NCBI GenBank assembly: GCA_001655205.1
Contig: LPNZ01010670.1
Span: forward strand, 1-41,325
From: Lenisia limosa
Lineage: Eukaryota; Protista; Breviatea
Direction: 5' to 3'
DNA length: 41,325 nucleotides
Each line of letters begins with the position of its first letter. Positions within the stretch are counted from its first letter, which is position 1. This document shows, piece by piece, positions 1-11,094 of this stretch. The notes beneath the pieces are model-generated. The model worked only from the letters and a program-made list of their open reading frames with translations, ran no database searches and was not told where the DNA came from. Position numbers and translations under genes: made by a program.

Positions 1-107
1 GTGTTTCACTTGCCAGTTTTCACGATAATTAGTTGTGCAGCGTTGTGCACCCCTGGGCTGCACAACGCTGCACAACTAATTATCGTGAAAACTGGCAAGT
101 GAAACAC
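1..107. repeat. Perfect inverted repeat (49-bp arms, 9-bp spacer CCCCTGGGC); foldback/MITE-like hairpin, possibly truncated by the window start
   Basis: Positions 59-107 are the exact reverse complement of 1-49 (gtgtttcacttgccagttttcacgataattagttgtgcagcgttgtgca). Confidence 0.95.
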
Positions 108-829
108 AAACAAACAAAGCACACAACCCCTCAAACGATAGCGATCTTTGATCTAAAATACGACTTTGGAATTTTTTTTTGGAATGAAGGAATGAAAGAG
201 TGTAAGCAATACCACACCTCAGCTAGCTCGTGTGTAAGAGTTTAATAGGAAGTAGTGTTGGAGGAATTGGTGGAGGAACAAAATCAGAGAATTAAGACTG
301 TTAGACAGACATCCAATTTCCAATCCTCCCTACCATGATAGTAACTCTTCTCTTTGCACTTCTGCTTCAGAGGTTTGTGGTGATAGTGTGATAGTTAGTT
401 GATAGTTGATTTTTTGATGTGTTTGATTGTGTTTAACAGTGTGTGTGCCTCGATATATATCTATTATATATACTATATCTATATATATTATATTATATAT
501 GATATGACTAGACAACATTCAGGGATGGGAGACTGATTTTGCTTATTGTTTCATTATATTCAGTCACTTGGGTTTTATTGGCTATAACCTTCTAGTGTGT
601 GGTGCAGCTCTATCCAGAGCTCAATCGATGGTGTACTTTCTTATACGTAATCGGGTGGAGTAGAAGGATGTTTTTGTTTGGGAAAATTGAGGAGTCCCGC
701 TCACAAAGTGTGAAGAACTGACCGTTTCAGCCCCCCTTCCGAGCCTTCTGAGCCCCAACACCTCATGAACAGAGTGCGCAGAACATTGTGTTAAGCATCA
801 TGTTTTTCTTCGTTTTCTATTTGCGTCTT

Positions 830-1318
830 TTATTATGTGCTGTGGTGGAAAGCCTCGAAACAATTTTGGTCACCCTTCAGGGAGCGGTTGAGTCTATGAT
901 GGCAGGCATGAACTTCTCGACATTGGCAGCAGACATTGCCCAATTGGTCTTTGAGAAGGAATACGGCTGTCCTCTCGAGACCGCTGAGTATCACAAGAGC
1001 GTGGGGGGTTTTCAAACTGGGCTTGTAATCAAGTCTTATCAAGAGATCTGTGACTCATCCTTGATCTATATATAATCAATCTTTGATTCTCTCTGCTCAC
1101 AACCAATCACCCTTTGATTCTCTCTGCTCACGACCAATCACCCTTTGATTCTCTCTGCTCACGACTAAGGCGGTCAGTGGCACCGCTGTCGTTTCATTGA
1201 CGTTCAATCAAGTCTTCAGTGTACCACCCTTTGTAGTCTCCAATGTTTTCAAGGACTCTCCGGCTCTCCACGTCACCCCCTTCGAGGTCACCACCACTGG
1301 CTGTAAACTATGGATCAG
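830..1318 (+). CDS. Multi-exon hypothetical protein with an H-type-lectin/discoidin-C-like domain (partial model; gene probably runs ~525-2190)
   Basis: Phase-0 splice from ...FQTGL (donor gtaatc at 1026) to exon 1170-1318 gives GGFQTGLAVSGTAVVSLTFNQVFSVPPFVVSNVFKDSPALHVTPFEVTTTGCKLWI, matching the V-x-F-xxx-F-xx-PP-x-V...TTTG pattern of H-type lectin folds. Recognised by eye only. Confidence 0.5.
1074..1169 (+). repeat. Three tandem copies of a 31-bp unit (ctttgattctctctgctcac[a/g]accaatcacc) forming the 3' part of an intron
   Basis: Copies start at 1081, 1112 and 1143; the third ends in gactaag, the acceptor at 1168-1169. Confidence 0.9.
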
Positions 1319-2471
1319 GTATGAGATGTTTCTCTCTTCTTGACTATTCCCATTTGATATCTTCTTCGCAATGATTTTTGACCGATATCAGTAGAGTTGC
1401 TAGAAACCAGGATGTGTGCAGAAAAGATGGGTCAATTATTCTAGATAATACGGCGTGTTGAGGCACCTTTGTTTTCTTCTCGCTTTTTATACCCGTGGTG
1501 GCAGGTATTTGGCCTCTGATTTTCACAGACGCTATGATAGCTTGACTGATACTCCAAACTTCCCCACCTCTTTACATACAATGGTCCACCCCAAAACGTC
1601 CAATGGTTGCCCGAGGTATCAGGTCTGCAACCCAATCAAATGCTATTGTGAGACCCTTTTGGCAATTAAGTTATGACCAATTTAGACTGTTGATCTTGTG
1701 ATCCCGCGAGATGGTGGGGGGGGGGTTGAATTTGCGGATTCAACAAACCAAAGAAAACCAACAGAATCGACTCCACATTTGGAGCACACTTGAGAGTTTG
1801 AAACCAGCAGATCCAAAGCTAGCCAATTCTTTGTATTTGTATTGGAAACATATTTCGCATATCATGTAGGATTGCAATGGCTTGTCAGAATGTTTATCTG
1901 TATATGAGCAAACATGATTAACATGGGTTTATTTAGGGTCTTCATCCTTCGCCCACACGTTTCCTTGCAGAGCTGTGGCAAACCTCTTCTTTCACTCGAT
2001 TATTTTCCCTGATAAAGGTCTTTCAGGGGAACTCAGCCTCATAAAACGAATATCAATGACTATTCTCACACTGCCATAAATGTTGAAATATCTGTGCGCT
2101 GAATGTGTTGATTATCCAGACACCACCGTTTCAAAGTCACCTTCAATGGGTGTCTCTCCCACGTGCTCTTCAATTAGTCTCTTCGATACCAACACGGTAG
2201 GCTTCTGTTTGTTTTCAAAATAGTTGCATCTACTTGAGAAAACCTCCTTTCATTGAAGAGTTTTTTTAAAATGAAGAGACCTTTATGGAAACTTATTTTT
2301 GTCTGAGCACAAGTAGTCTTCATGTTATATTGAGAAACTTAATTCGAAATTAATTGCGTTAAAATCTTCTTTTCTCTCAATATATACATAGTATATGATA
2401 TATAATTTCTACAAAAGTGGAGATTAATTATGAATATGATATATATACTACATACTTCCAAAAATAAACAA

Positions 2472-3208
2472 ATGCCGATTATTGCAATTAACTACAAGGT
2501 TTCCTACTTTTGTTGACTCCTGATAGAGTGCCCTGAAGCCCACCCCCTTGACAGCTCTTTTGCTCAATACGAACCATATCAGCTCAACAGCCCAGTTCGG
2601 CATTCTTGCTCCTTCAACTTACTATGTGGGCCCACCAAACCTTGAGACAAAAATTAATCCGCAGTATTTGAAGATTTTTGTATTATATTTGAATGCACAA
2701 CCTTGCGATATTCTTCCTGTCATAGTTTTCCCTTATACTCTCACTGCCAGGTTTAAGTACATGTATACACACATATCATTTTGACAGGGAACTGTGACCT
2801 TCAAAACGGCCTTTTCTAGCCCTCCCGTTGTCATCGTGTCTGTCACCAGAGCTTCAGTCGGGACTTATGGATGCAGTAGGGGAGTCCCTGGTTTTTCAGC
2901 TGTTCATCTCGAATGATTTGTTGAGATTGGGTTTTGTCATTATCTGCGAAACCCCTAATGTTTAAAGGATCTTCAGTCCATTTTGTGACACGTAATGCTT
3001 GGTAGTTTGGTAACTCTTCCAGATATATCTGCGTTATCCTCCACAAGCTTTAGTTTCCAGTGCTTCCATAATTCTAACTGGGTAAGTGCACTGTTTCCTT
3101 GTGTTTTCTATTTTTGAATTGGTGGCCAAGTGCAAAGCAGTTCCCCCATCCTCACACGTACAGGCCGCCCCTCAGCGCCTCCATTGGATCGCATCCCTGG
3201 AGTCTTAA
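2472..3208 (+). CDS. Small (~130 aa) H-type-lectin-like protein, about 6 exons
   Basis: Phase-consistent splicing gives MPIIAINYK|SALKPTPLTALLLNTNHISSTAQFGILAPSTYY|GTVTFKTAFSSPPVVIVSVTRASVGTYG...|SSVHFVT|HISALSSTSFSFQCFHNSNW|AAPQRLHWIASLES* (TAA 3206-3208). The VTFxxxFxxPPxV and terminal WIA motifs fit H-type lectin domains. An AT-rich tract lies just upstream of the ATG. Confidence 0.6.
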
Positions 3209-3399
3209 AGCCTCAGATGTGTATCACGTATAGCAAAAGAAAATATATTTTTTATTTTATAATTATACTCAAGATTGGTGTTTATCGAAAAACCAAAAAC
3301 TAGAAAATGAGGACGGTGGTACACTGATGATGTTAATTGATTGATTGTGACATCCTTGTACATTTTGGAAGTGAAGCCTAATATTGAAACTGTGTAACC

Positions 3400-6300
3400 T
3401 AGTAACTAAGAAGAAATTACTCCCTCGGTGCAAAAGTTAGCAAAGTTGAAGAAAATTAGGTTACGTGTAATTGAGAGTGATTTGATGGGAGATTGAACTG
3501 AGGTAGGAAAGTGACTATCTCTCTCATATCCTCCCATCTTTGATAAGGCAAACCAGGTGAAATCGATGCAGAAGGCATGATCAAGCTATCTTTGGAGAAG
3601 TATCCAAACTAGAGCAAATCATCAAGGTCAGCAGGTTCATTTTAGGGAATTTATGCTGATCAGTCATTGGATATTTTCCACTTGGTCTGATGTGATTATT
3701 ATTTGTAGTGTGATTCATTGCTATCCATTCTAACATTCTGTTTGTCAATACTCGACATGTTTCCAATGGTCTATTCAACAAATAATAACTCTTCCACCCA
3801 TCTACTCTTTTGAAGAAGTCTCTTTGACTAATGTAGTATCAAAAAGTCTGTCATTATTTTCCCATCCGCTTTTCCCAGTTGACACAGGAGACTGTACAGA
3901 ATGCTAGTGACGCAGGTGTAACTGTACATGTTGTCATCTAAGAGAAGTATCCAAGATTTAGTCACTTGAAAGAAGGACTCATCAGATGTGAAGCGTGCTC
4001 TGCGTTTCTTGAAAAGATCATAAACCTGAAGGTTTGGTGAGTTTTTTTTCTCAAAATTATTGGCCATTTTAGCTTTTAGGTAATATGCTCTAACTCACGA
4101 TATAGTTTTGCTACCAGCTGGTCGATACTCCACGTTACCTTTCTGTCCAAATCGTTGCAAGAGTTCTCCAAAGTGGCAATGTAGGGGGGGGTATCCTCTC
4201 TTGTTATTACCTAATATACTATATCAAGAATGAGCAATCGTGTGGCGAAGGAGTTGCTTGCACAAAAAACTGGTGAGGAACGGCCACAAATCCTGAGCGT
4301 ATTTTAAGACTCTCTTCAGTGAAGAGCAACCCGGAAGACCTTGATTCGCTATTTAACCTCCCTACATTCAAGAAAATCGGAGAAATCACTTGTTCTGCTA
4401 GGATTGACAAAAGATACACTGATGCTCATCGCGAAACCTGCAAATAAAGACAAGTTCTCAGCTTCGCTCTGCAAGGCACTGAACTGCATTACTGTCTCAG
4501 TAGCTCCTTGATCTCAGTTGTTACATTGAAGGAACTGTTTCACAAAAGAGTTCAAGCAATTTCCAGCCAGTCCTATCAAGATGTGTCTGCAATCATGTCT
4601 TCACTGGTAACGTGTCGAAAACTGAAGAACCATATTCCCTCCCCGTCTGTTGTCTTTGGCTTCAAATCACCTGATGCAAAGTGATTTGCTTTCATTGCAA
4701 AAGAACTGAGTTAACAGTCTGGCTATATGTTGCAAGAAGAACACGTTGCTCTATCAGACCACTTACGAGAAGCAGCCGTTGATTGGAAGAGTACTCCTTC
4801 AATGAGAACTCTCAAATGGCAGTATTGCTTGTTTACTAAACAACCAGCATCTTCACAAAATTCTTACGCTTTGGCTGATAAGTATCGCCCCTTCTTTATC
4901 CGTAGAGTGATTGAAGACGGACAGTGCAAGTTCAGCGGTAATGATAATGATGCACTCATTCATTTTTAGGAGTTAATTGACGATATAAAGCCTTTATCAG
5001 ACTTTGTGGAACACATTCACCTTTCTTCTATCCCAGCTGTCACACAAACGGATAGTGGGTGATTCCCCTACAACAAAAATGCCTTCTCACACCTGATGGA
5101 CGCATACACCACATTAATTGATGCCTTAAATGAGACGAAACAGAGTGAATTTTTCAAGATGTACCAAATTCTGTCTGGAAAAAGGGTCTTTTATTTGGAG
5201 AAAACCAATCAGCTTGTAAGTGTTAATTCACTCATCATTTACATTGGACTTTCCCCCCTCTTTTTAATAGCCTTCCTCTTTACTTGTATTCCTTGAGGAC
5301 GAAGATCCATGACAGTCAGTCAGTCTGGAGTTTACAAAATGCTTGATACGTTGGCTTTGAATTGGAGTATCCCCAATCCCAATGAAAAGAGTTCCAATGT
5401 TCTTTCTGCTTTAACAACGCTCTTTGGGCAACTTGACAAGTTACTCAAGCAACATAACCCCAGTAAATCTGAAACACTGAACGTCTTGCTCCTATTTAGA
5501 ATTCCCAAAATTGACAAGTTGCATTTTGAACACCCTCTTTCTGAGGAACCCTGATACCTAGTCCTCAGAATTGGACACTCTTGAGGTCATAAGATCAGAG
5601 ACCTGGCTGTGGAGACCATTTATCCTGACAGCACTCCTGCTGACATCACATGATGCTCCGACGGAAAGATATCTACAGAAAGACGAGGTGGTTGTTCTCG
5701 ATGGAAAACTGCGAACAGTCTCCAGTGTAAACCTCAAATGTAGGTATTTGTATTATACCTAACAACAATGTAGACGGACTCAAGTGGAAGAGTACCCGTT
5801 GAAAACAACCCAGATGTTCTCTGACCTTCCGTGCATGACAGTCACAAAAGATCAACCTACAAGTGGCTTTTAAACAACTCCTGAAGCCACTTTAAATCCC
5901 CTCAAAACGCTGTGCTGGGGTACTGGGTTGATCAGACACATCAATGAATAGTAAATGTATTTTTTTGGCTTTCTCACAAATATAGTGAGGTAGAAGGCTT
6001 TATGGTTGATGTGACCAAAGAAATGAAAGGCGTTACGCGAAATTTAACTTCTGCAAACGTGGGTAATTTTCGCACACTTTCCTTACGCCTCTTTTGCAAA
6101 ATGTGGCGGTCGTGATGGCTGCGCTTTCAACAAACCGGTTCGTTCTTTATTCTAAATATTGTTATCCACAGTATCTACCAAGTCCAAAACCTCAGTATTT
6201 GGAACCAGTACTGTCATCGCAAGGATTCTATTGAGGGTGTGATCCTCTCCAAATGGTAAGAATATCTTCATATCACTAGTTGCAGCGCTTGGAAACTGAC

Positions 6301-7060
6301 ATCTTGACACTCTTGACAAATCCAAAAACGAGGTGTATCTGTTCCATGGCTCACGCTCCGATGCAAGCCCTCACACCAGCCCTTGTTGCATGCGGTTTAC
6401 GCACAGGTACAAATCATTGCCAACATGGGACTTGATCGCCACTTTGCCTGAGGAGGGCTATTCGGATCTGGTACGTATTTCAGCGACCAGGTGGGTGATG
6501 TATATCAATTTCATAAAAAAAAACAATATTCCAATTTTCAATGATAATTGCACCTCCATTTGAGACCCCCCCCCCCCNNNNNNNNNNNNNNNNNNNNNNN
6601 NNNNNNNNNNNNNNNNNNNNNNNNNNNNNNNNNNNNNNNNNNNNNNNNNNNNNNNNNNNNNNTACCCGTTCAATTACTGTGGTAGCAAGGTTTGGTCAAA
6701 GACGATTTTCTTATTCCACTAGAGTAACTCTTGGTAAATCATTCATGACACAAAATCAGTTTAACGGGGTAAGTCCCTGTTCCCTTTTCATAATGCTTAT
6801 CCAATAGGTGACTGCACTCTGTTGCAAAAATGGCCTCAACTGTGTAAGAGTTATTTAGAAAATAAAAAAATGTTGTAGTCCTACCCCAACCTTTGCCATG
6901 ACTCATTGATTTTCTCAAAAATCATCCCGGCTTCCAGCGCAATGAGCTTGTCGTCTACCATGCAAATCAAGTAGGCGCTTAAAACTTCTCACTTTTTAGA
7001 GTTATCCGAGTACATCATTGAGTTTAGTCAAAATGTCTCAATATATGGTTTTAATGTTCA
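3400..7060 (+). pseudogene. Large multi-exon PARP (ADP-ribosyltransferase) gene with a C-terminal catalytic domain, disrupted by in-frame stops and frameshifts
   Basis: Exons encode IYQVQNLSIWNQY (6173-6211), NEVYLFHGS (His 6345-6347), IIANMGLDRHFA*GGLFGSGTYFSDQ (TGA 6449-6451; Tyr 6476-6478), QRNELVVYHANQ (Glu 6944-6946) and a YPEYIIEF-like end at ~7000-7026 that needs one extra nt. Further in-frame TGAs at 5060-5062 and 5552-5554. 5' boundary approximate. Confidence 0.75.
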
Positions 7061-7382
7061 AAGGAAACATATTTCAGTATTATTATGATGATATCATTTT
7101 GAATAAATAATAAATAACCCACACACTACATCTGCTGAGCTTCTGCCTGGGGGGCCTATGTATTATCAAAATGGAGCCAATAAGATATTGCTTTAAGTTT
7201 GCCGCCGAAGAGCACTGCCTACCTCTTTTCTTGTGAACTGAACACGAAGAGGTCTCTCGACGCTCGCTTTCATTTTTTGAATCAAAATCGTCATCACACC
7301 ACGGTTAATACCAGCCTTCAGAGTTCGACTGCGAACGTACCATAACAATTACAAAGTAACTCACGGAGAAATCAACAAAAAT

Positions 7383-8110
7383 ATGAGTGTAGTTGTAAAA
7401 GTTCACTCCGTTAACTGTGGATCTTCATACACCCTCTCTTTCGTAGAGATTTACGTATTATCCCCCTCACGGGTCAACCTTGGCAGGGTATCCGATCATT
7501 CTAATGAACCTGCCCTGGAATCTAACCGGGTCCTCCGGTTCAACAGTCATTCGGACCTGGGCTTTGGTTCCAATTACCAGGAGAACTTCACCAATCATCC
7601 GCATCTGGGGAGTGAAGGGATATCATGTGTTTGGAATTAAAAGGATCAAGAGATGTAACTGGGGCAAGCAAAGTAGCGGATCAAAATAGCCGAATTCTCG
7701 AGACCAATTTAAGAGTCACCAACCTGGAGAGATTCTTCAGAAACTCCCGGAACATCGAGATCAACACGGTAGCCCTTGGGTGTCTTGGAGGTGAAGAAGG
7801 GGGGTATTGAAAACTAGGATAGTTTGTCTTTTGGACGAGATTCCATCAAAATGAGCCCCATGCATACCACTCCCATGTCGTAGGGAGGCCAAGAGGTTCC
7901 GTTTGCTCCCTTTTCCAAGCATCCGTCCTAAAATGTCAAAAATCCGAATAGCCCCCCCCCCCCCCCCCNNNNNNNNNNNNNNNNNNNNNNNNNNNNNNNN
8001 NNNNNNNNNNNNNNNNNNNNNNNNNNNNNNNNNNNNNNNNNNNNNNNNNNNACTCAGTAAAGGACAACATGCCGTCCCCGGAGGAGTCAACCTTCGCCAT
8101 GATCGCCTAA
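7383..8110 (+). CDS. Hypothetical protein, spliced and interrupted by an assembly gap
   Basis: ATG-initiated ORF MSVVVKVHSVNCGSSYTLSFVEIYVLSP... follows an intergenic region; last exon ...DNMPSPEESTFAMIA* ends with TAA 8108-8110, convergent with the LRR gene. No family recognised. Confidence 0.35.
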
Positions 8111-8199
8111 AACGTCAGAGAGCCTATTCAAATAAAAAAAAAAATCATAAAATGAGTAGGCTTCAGAAAACAAAGGAATTTAAGGAATATAAGGAATTG

Positions 8200-10872
8200 G
8201 GGAGTGTGTTGATCTACTTACATCCAGTTCTTCTTCTTTGGTGTCGCCTCTCAACAGGCACAGTAGAAACAGTAGCTCTTCTCTGTCCAACTGACCATCA
8301 CCAGACCTGAAACAAATTATTCCTGTCATAAACTATTTCAAAGACTCAATAATTCCAGGCACCTATTTATAAATACCTATGTTTGACAGTTTCACCCGAA
8401 GAAACTGGGCAGCGGTTATCATTTTTTTTTACCCACCCACCTATCAAATAACTTGAAAAAAGCCTCTTTGGTCTGTGGTAAGGGTGCTGATTCCATGTTC
8501 TCACCCTCCTCGTTTTCTATCAATGTTAGTCAAATTGTTTTAGGCAGGAACATCGCAAAGAGGACGTGGGCAATGGATCGCACCTTCCACATCAATCTTG
8601 AAAGGGGAGCCGTTGATATCCTCAGAGTTTACCTGTTCAAGTTAGCACTATCAGCACAAACAATTGTTAAAACGGATTTCCAGTACAATAGACCCACCAG
8701 AACAATCATCACAATAACAACAGTACCCAGTTTCGCAACTTCGACAGGGTAACATTCCTCAACCGATAATCTCCAGCACCCACTTGGACATGAAGCTCAA
8801 ACTTGCCGCCACGTGCAGGCGGTACAAAGGCCACGTCATAGATACCGTTCTGACTATCTGTGATGGATGGCCGTGCAGACCTGTCAGGGGTGAAAACAAA
8901 CTAAAATCANNNNNNNNNNNNNNNNNNNNNNNNNNNNNNNNNNNNNNNNNNNNNNNNNNNNNNNNNNNNNNNNNNNNNNNNNNNNNNNNNNNNNNNNNNN
9001 NNNNNNNNNNNNNNNNNNNNNNNNNNNNNNNNNNNNNNNNCCCCTGTCCTTTCCATCCTTGTTACGTACCTGAAACATAAAAAAGAAAACACCAAGTGAT
9101 TCCTTATATCCTTGACCTTACCACCACTTTATATCTAACGATTATAATCTTGCTCTCACCTTGACCTGGAATTCGGCCTTCTTGCCGCCCTCGGCCTTTG
9201 TCAGTCCATCCCCAATGGCTGCCGAGGTCGAGCCGACTCCAATGTCTGGACATAATGAATGTATCAGGCCAACAACGCTGTAAGGTAGCACTTATTGACA
9301 TTTCAATGATCAATCGAAACCAGTGCCTCAAATTTCCAGATTAACCCACCCAGAGCGGCAGCAAGATGTGCGATGATTGCCTCGATGCCTTTGTTTAAAA
9401 CGTCAGTCGGCGGGTTGCCAAGGTCAGGGTTGTTGGATACGTCTAAGTCTTGGAGCTTCTAAGCTAATAAGCAGGTAGTTCAGAGACAGCATACCTTCAG
9501 CAAGCCCATTTTAGGGGGGAGTGACTTGATCATGTTGTGTGAGACATCAAGGCTCTAAAATGTGAACAGTCAACAAAAAAAAGCATTTATAACGGGTTTA
9601 TTACAAAAAAACACAATCAAGGGAAAATAGCCAAAGGAAATCCATAACTCTGGCAAAGAATTTAAACTATCACCCCAGACTTGGAGGCTTTCAAGGTCAC
9701 CAATATCTGCAGGCAGCGAGGTTAATTTGTTCGCCCTAGAACATAAGAAAAATGACCGGAAAATAATAGTGAGAGACGTTTTCAAACACCACACCAAACC
9801 TCAAATTAAGGGAACGAAGTGTTTTTGAGGTCCCAATTGGTCCGCTGATGCGCGTCATTGAGCAGGATGATGCGTCAATCTATGATGTGAGGGAAGCAAA
9901 TCCCCTCTCCCCTTTTTTTGATGTTTGAATATATTGTTGGGGAAGATTATTACATCATCTTTTAGATTATTGATGATGAAGCATTATCCAGGAAGGAAAG
10001 GACAATAGTGGGTAATGTAATTTAACTGAAGCCATTATACAAAAGATCGGATAAAGTAAATTATATTGGAAATCCAATTGAGGGTCCAATTGTCAATATG
10101 GCAAAAAGAGAAAGGTACACCCAGCCAAACTTCAGTGATAGTTGAGGCATCGGAAAAAGCAACAAATTTAGAGAGAGGATTGCCACTGATCACAACCGTC
10201 TTCACCGACTGGATTGTGAGAAATGAAATTGCGTGAGATCCGTCTCATTTACCAAAATGACTTTTGACGACATACCGAGGATTCCGCCAGACACTGCGGG
10301 AAGGTTTTGAGCTGATTTCTTGAGACGTCCACGGTCTCAAGGTCCGTCAAGTTGCTGAGGGAAATCGGCAACGACGTCAGCACATTCCTTTACAGTCATT
10401 GGAGCAAACGCAACAAGGTATAGACTGCCAAGGAGGGAGAACCCTACTATTAGCTCTGTATCCCACAAAAGCAACATAAGCCGCCCTGATACTTTTTAAG
10501 GTTGAGTGTTTTAAGAGAAATGAGTTTGGCAAAGGCCCCGCCAAGCGACGAGAGCGAACTGCGGAAATAAGGGTTTGGTTTTCGAAGCGTAGGAATCACA
10601 TTTCAAGCAGTCAAGCAGACAATAGATGACATTCATCATGTAAATACACCGCCATGGGAAAAGCAACATGATGTGATCAAGAAAGCAACAAGGTAACATA
10701 CTTTTCGGAGAGATTGAGTTCGGTCAGTGCATCGCCTATTTCAAACACCTCTTTGGGTATATCCCTCAATTTCTGACCGGAGAGGCTGGAGGTGAGTTAA
10801 CAACAAAAATATATTCGAAAAGTCCTACTCCAAAGTGCCAGACGACTTGGCTTCGTCGATCTTTGCTTCCAT
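8200..10872 (-). CDS. Leucine-rich-repeat protein with a filamin/ABP-120 Ig repeat and a C-terminal EF-hand
   Basis: Start MEAKIDEAKSSGTL (ATG at 10872). LRR exons LSGQKLRDIPKEVFEIGDALTELNLSEN, NVLTSLPISLSNLTDLETVDVSRNQLKTFP, ANKLTSLPADIGDLESLQ, SLDVSHNMIKSLPPKMGLLK, LQDLDVSNNPDLGNPP. Filamin exons AIGDGLTKAEGGKKAEFQVK, DSQNGIYDVAFVPPARGGKFELHV, INGSPFKIDVE. Canonical EF loop EAFFKLFDRSGDGQLDREE (8220-8470). 3' end approximate. Confidence 0.8.
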
Positions 10873-11094
10873 TATTGATTTAAAGCAACAATACTAATGA
10901 AAGAAAGAGAAATGAGAAGACTTTCAGTTTCACCTAAATACTGCGCCGCCGTGTTTCTCCTTAGGCTTTTTTCACCTTCATCACACCCCTATTTTTTGAT
11001 AGATAGTTGCATAATTTCTTTTAGATCAGTGTTTGCTTAGTGTTTAGCATATTTTTACCCCTGGTAGACAGCTCATTTGTCTTTCTGGTTCACA

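Noticed and set aside
3400-7060. Genome-wide stop-codon reassignment (TGA as sense)
   Set aside because: The conserved exons of CDKAL1, THOC2, MRS2 and the LRR gene have no in-frame stops, Trp is TGG, and TGA appears to terminate MRS2. The PARP locus also has frameshifts, which a code change cannot explain.
7130-7380. Possible U3 snoRNA or tRNA (gtgatga, gagcgt, gttcga motifs)
   Set aside because: The motifs are isolated; I could not build a cloverleaf or the ordered U3 box set.
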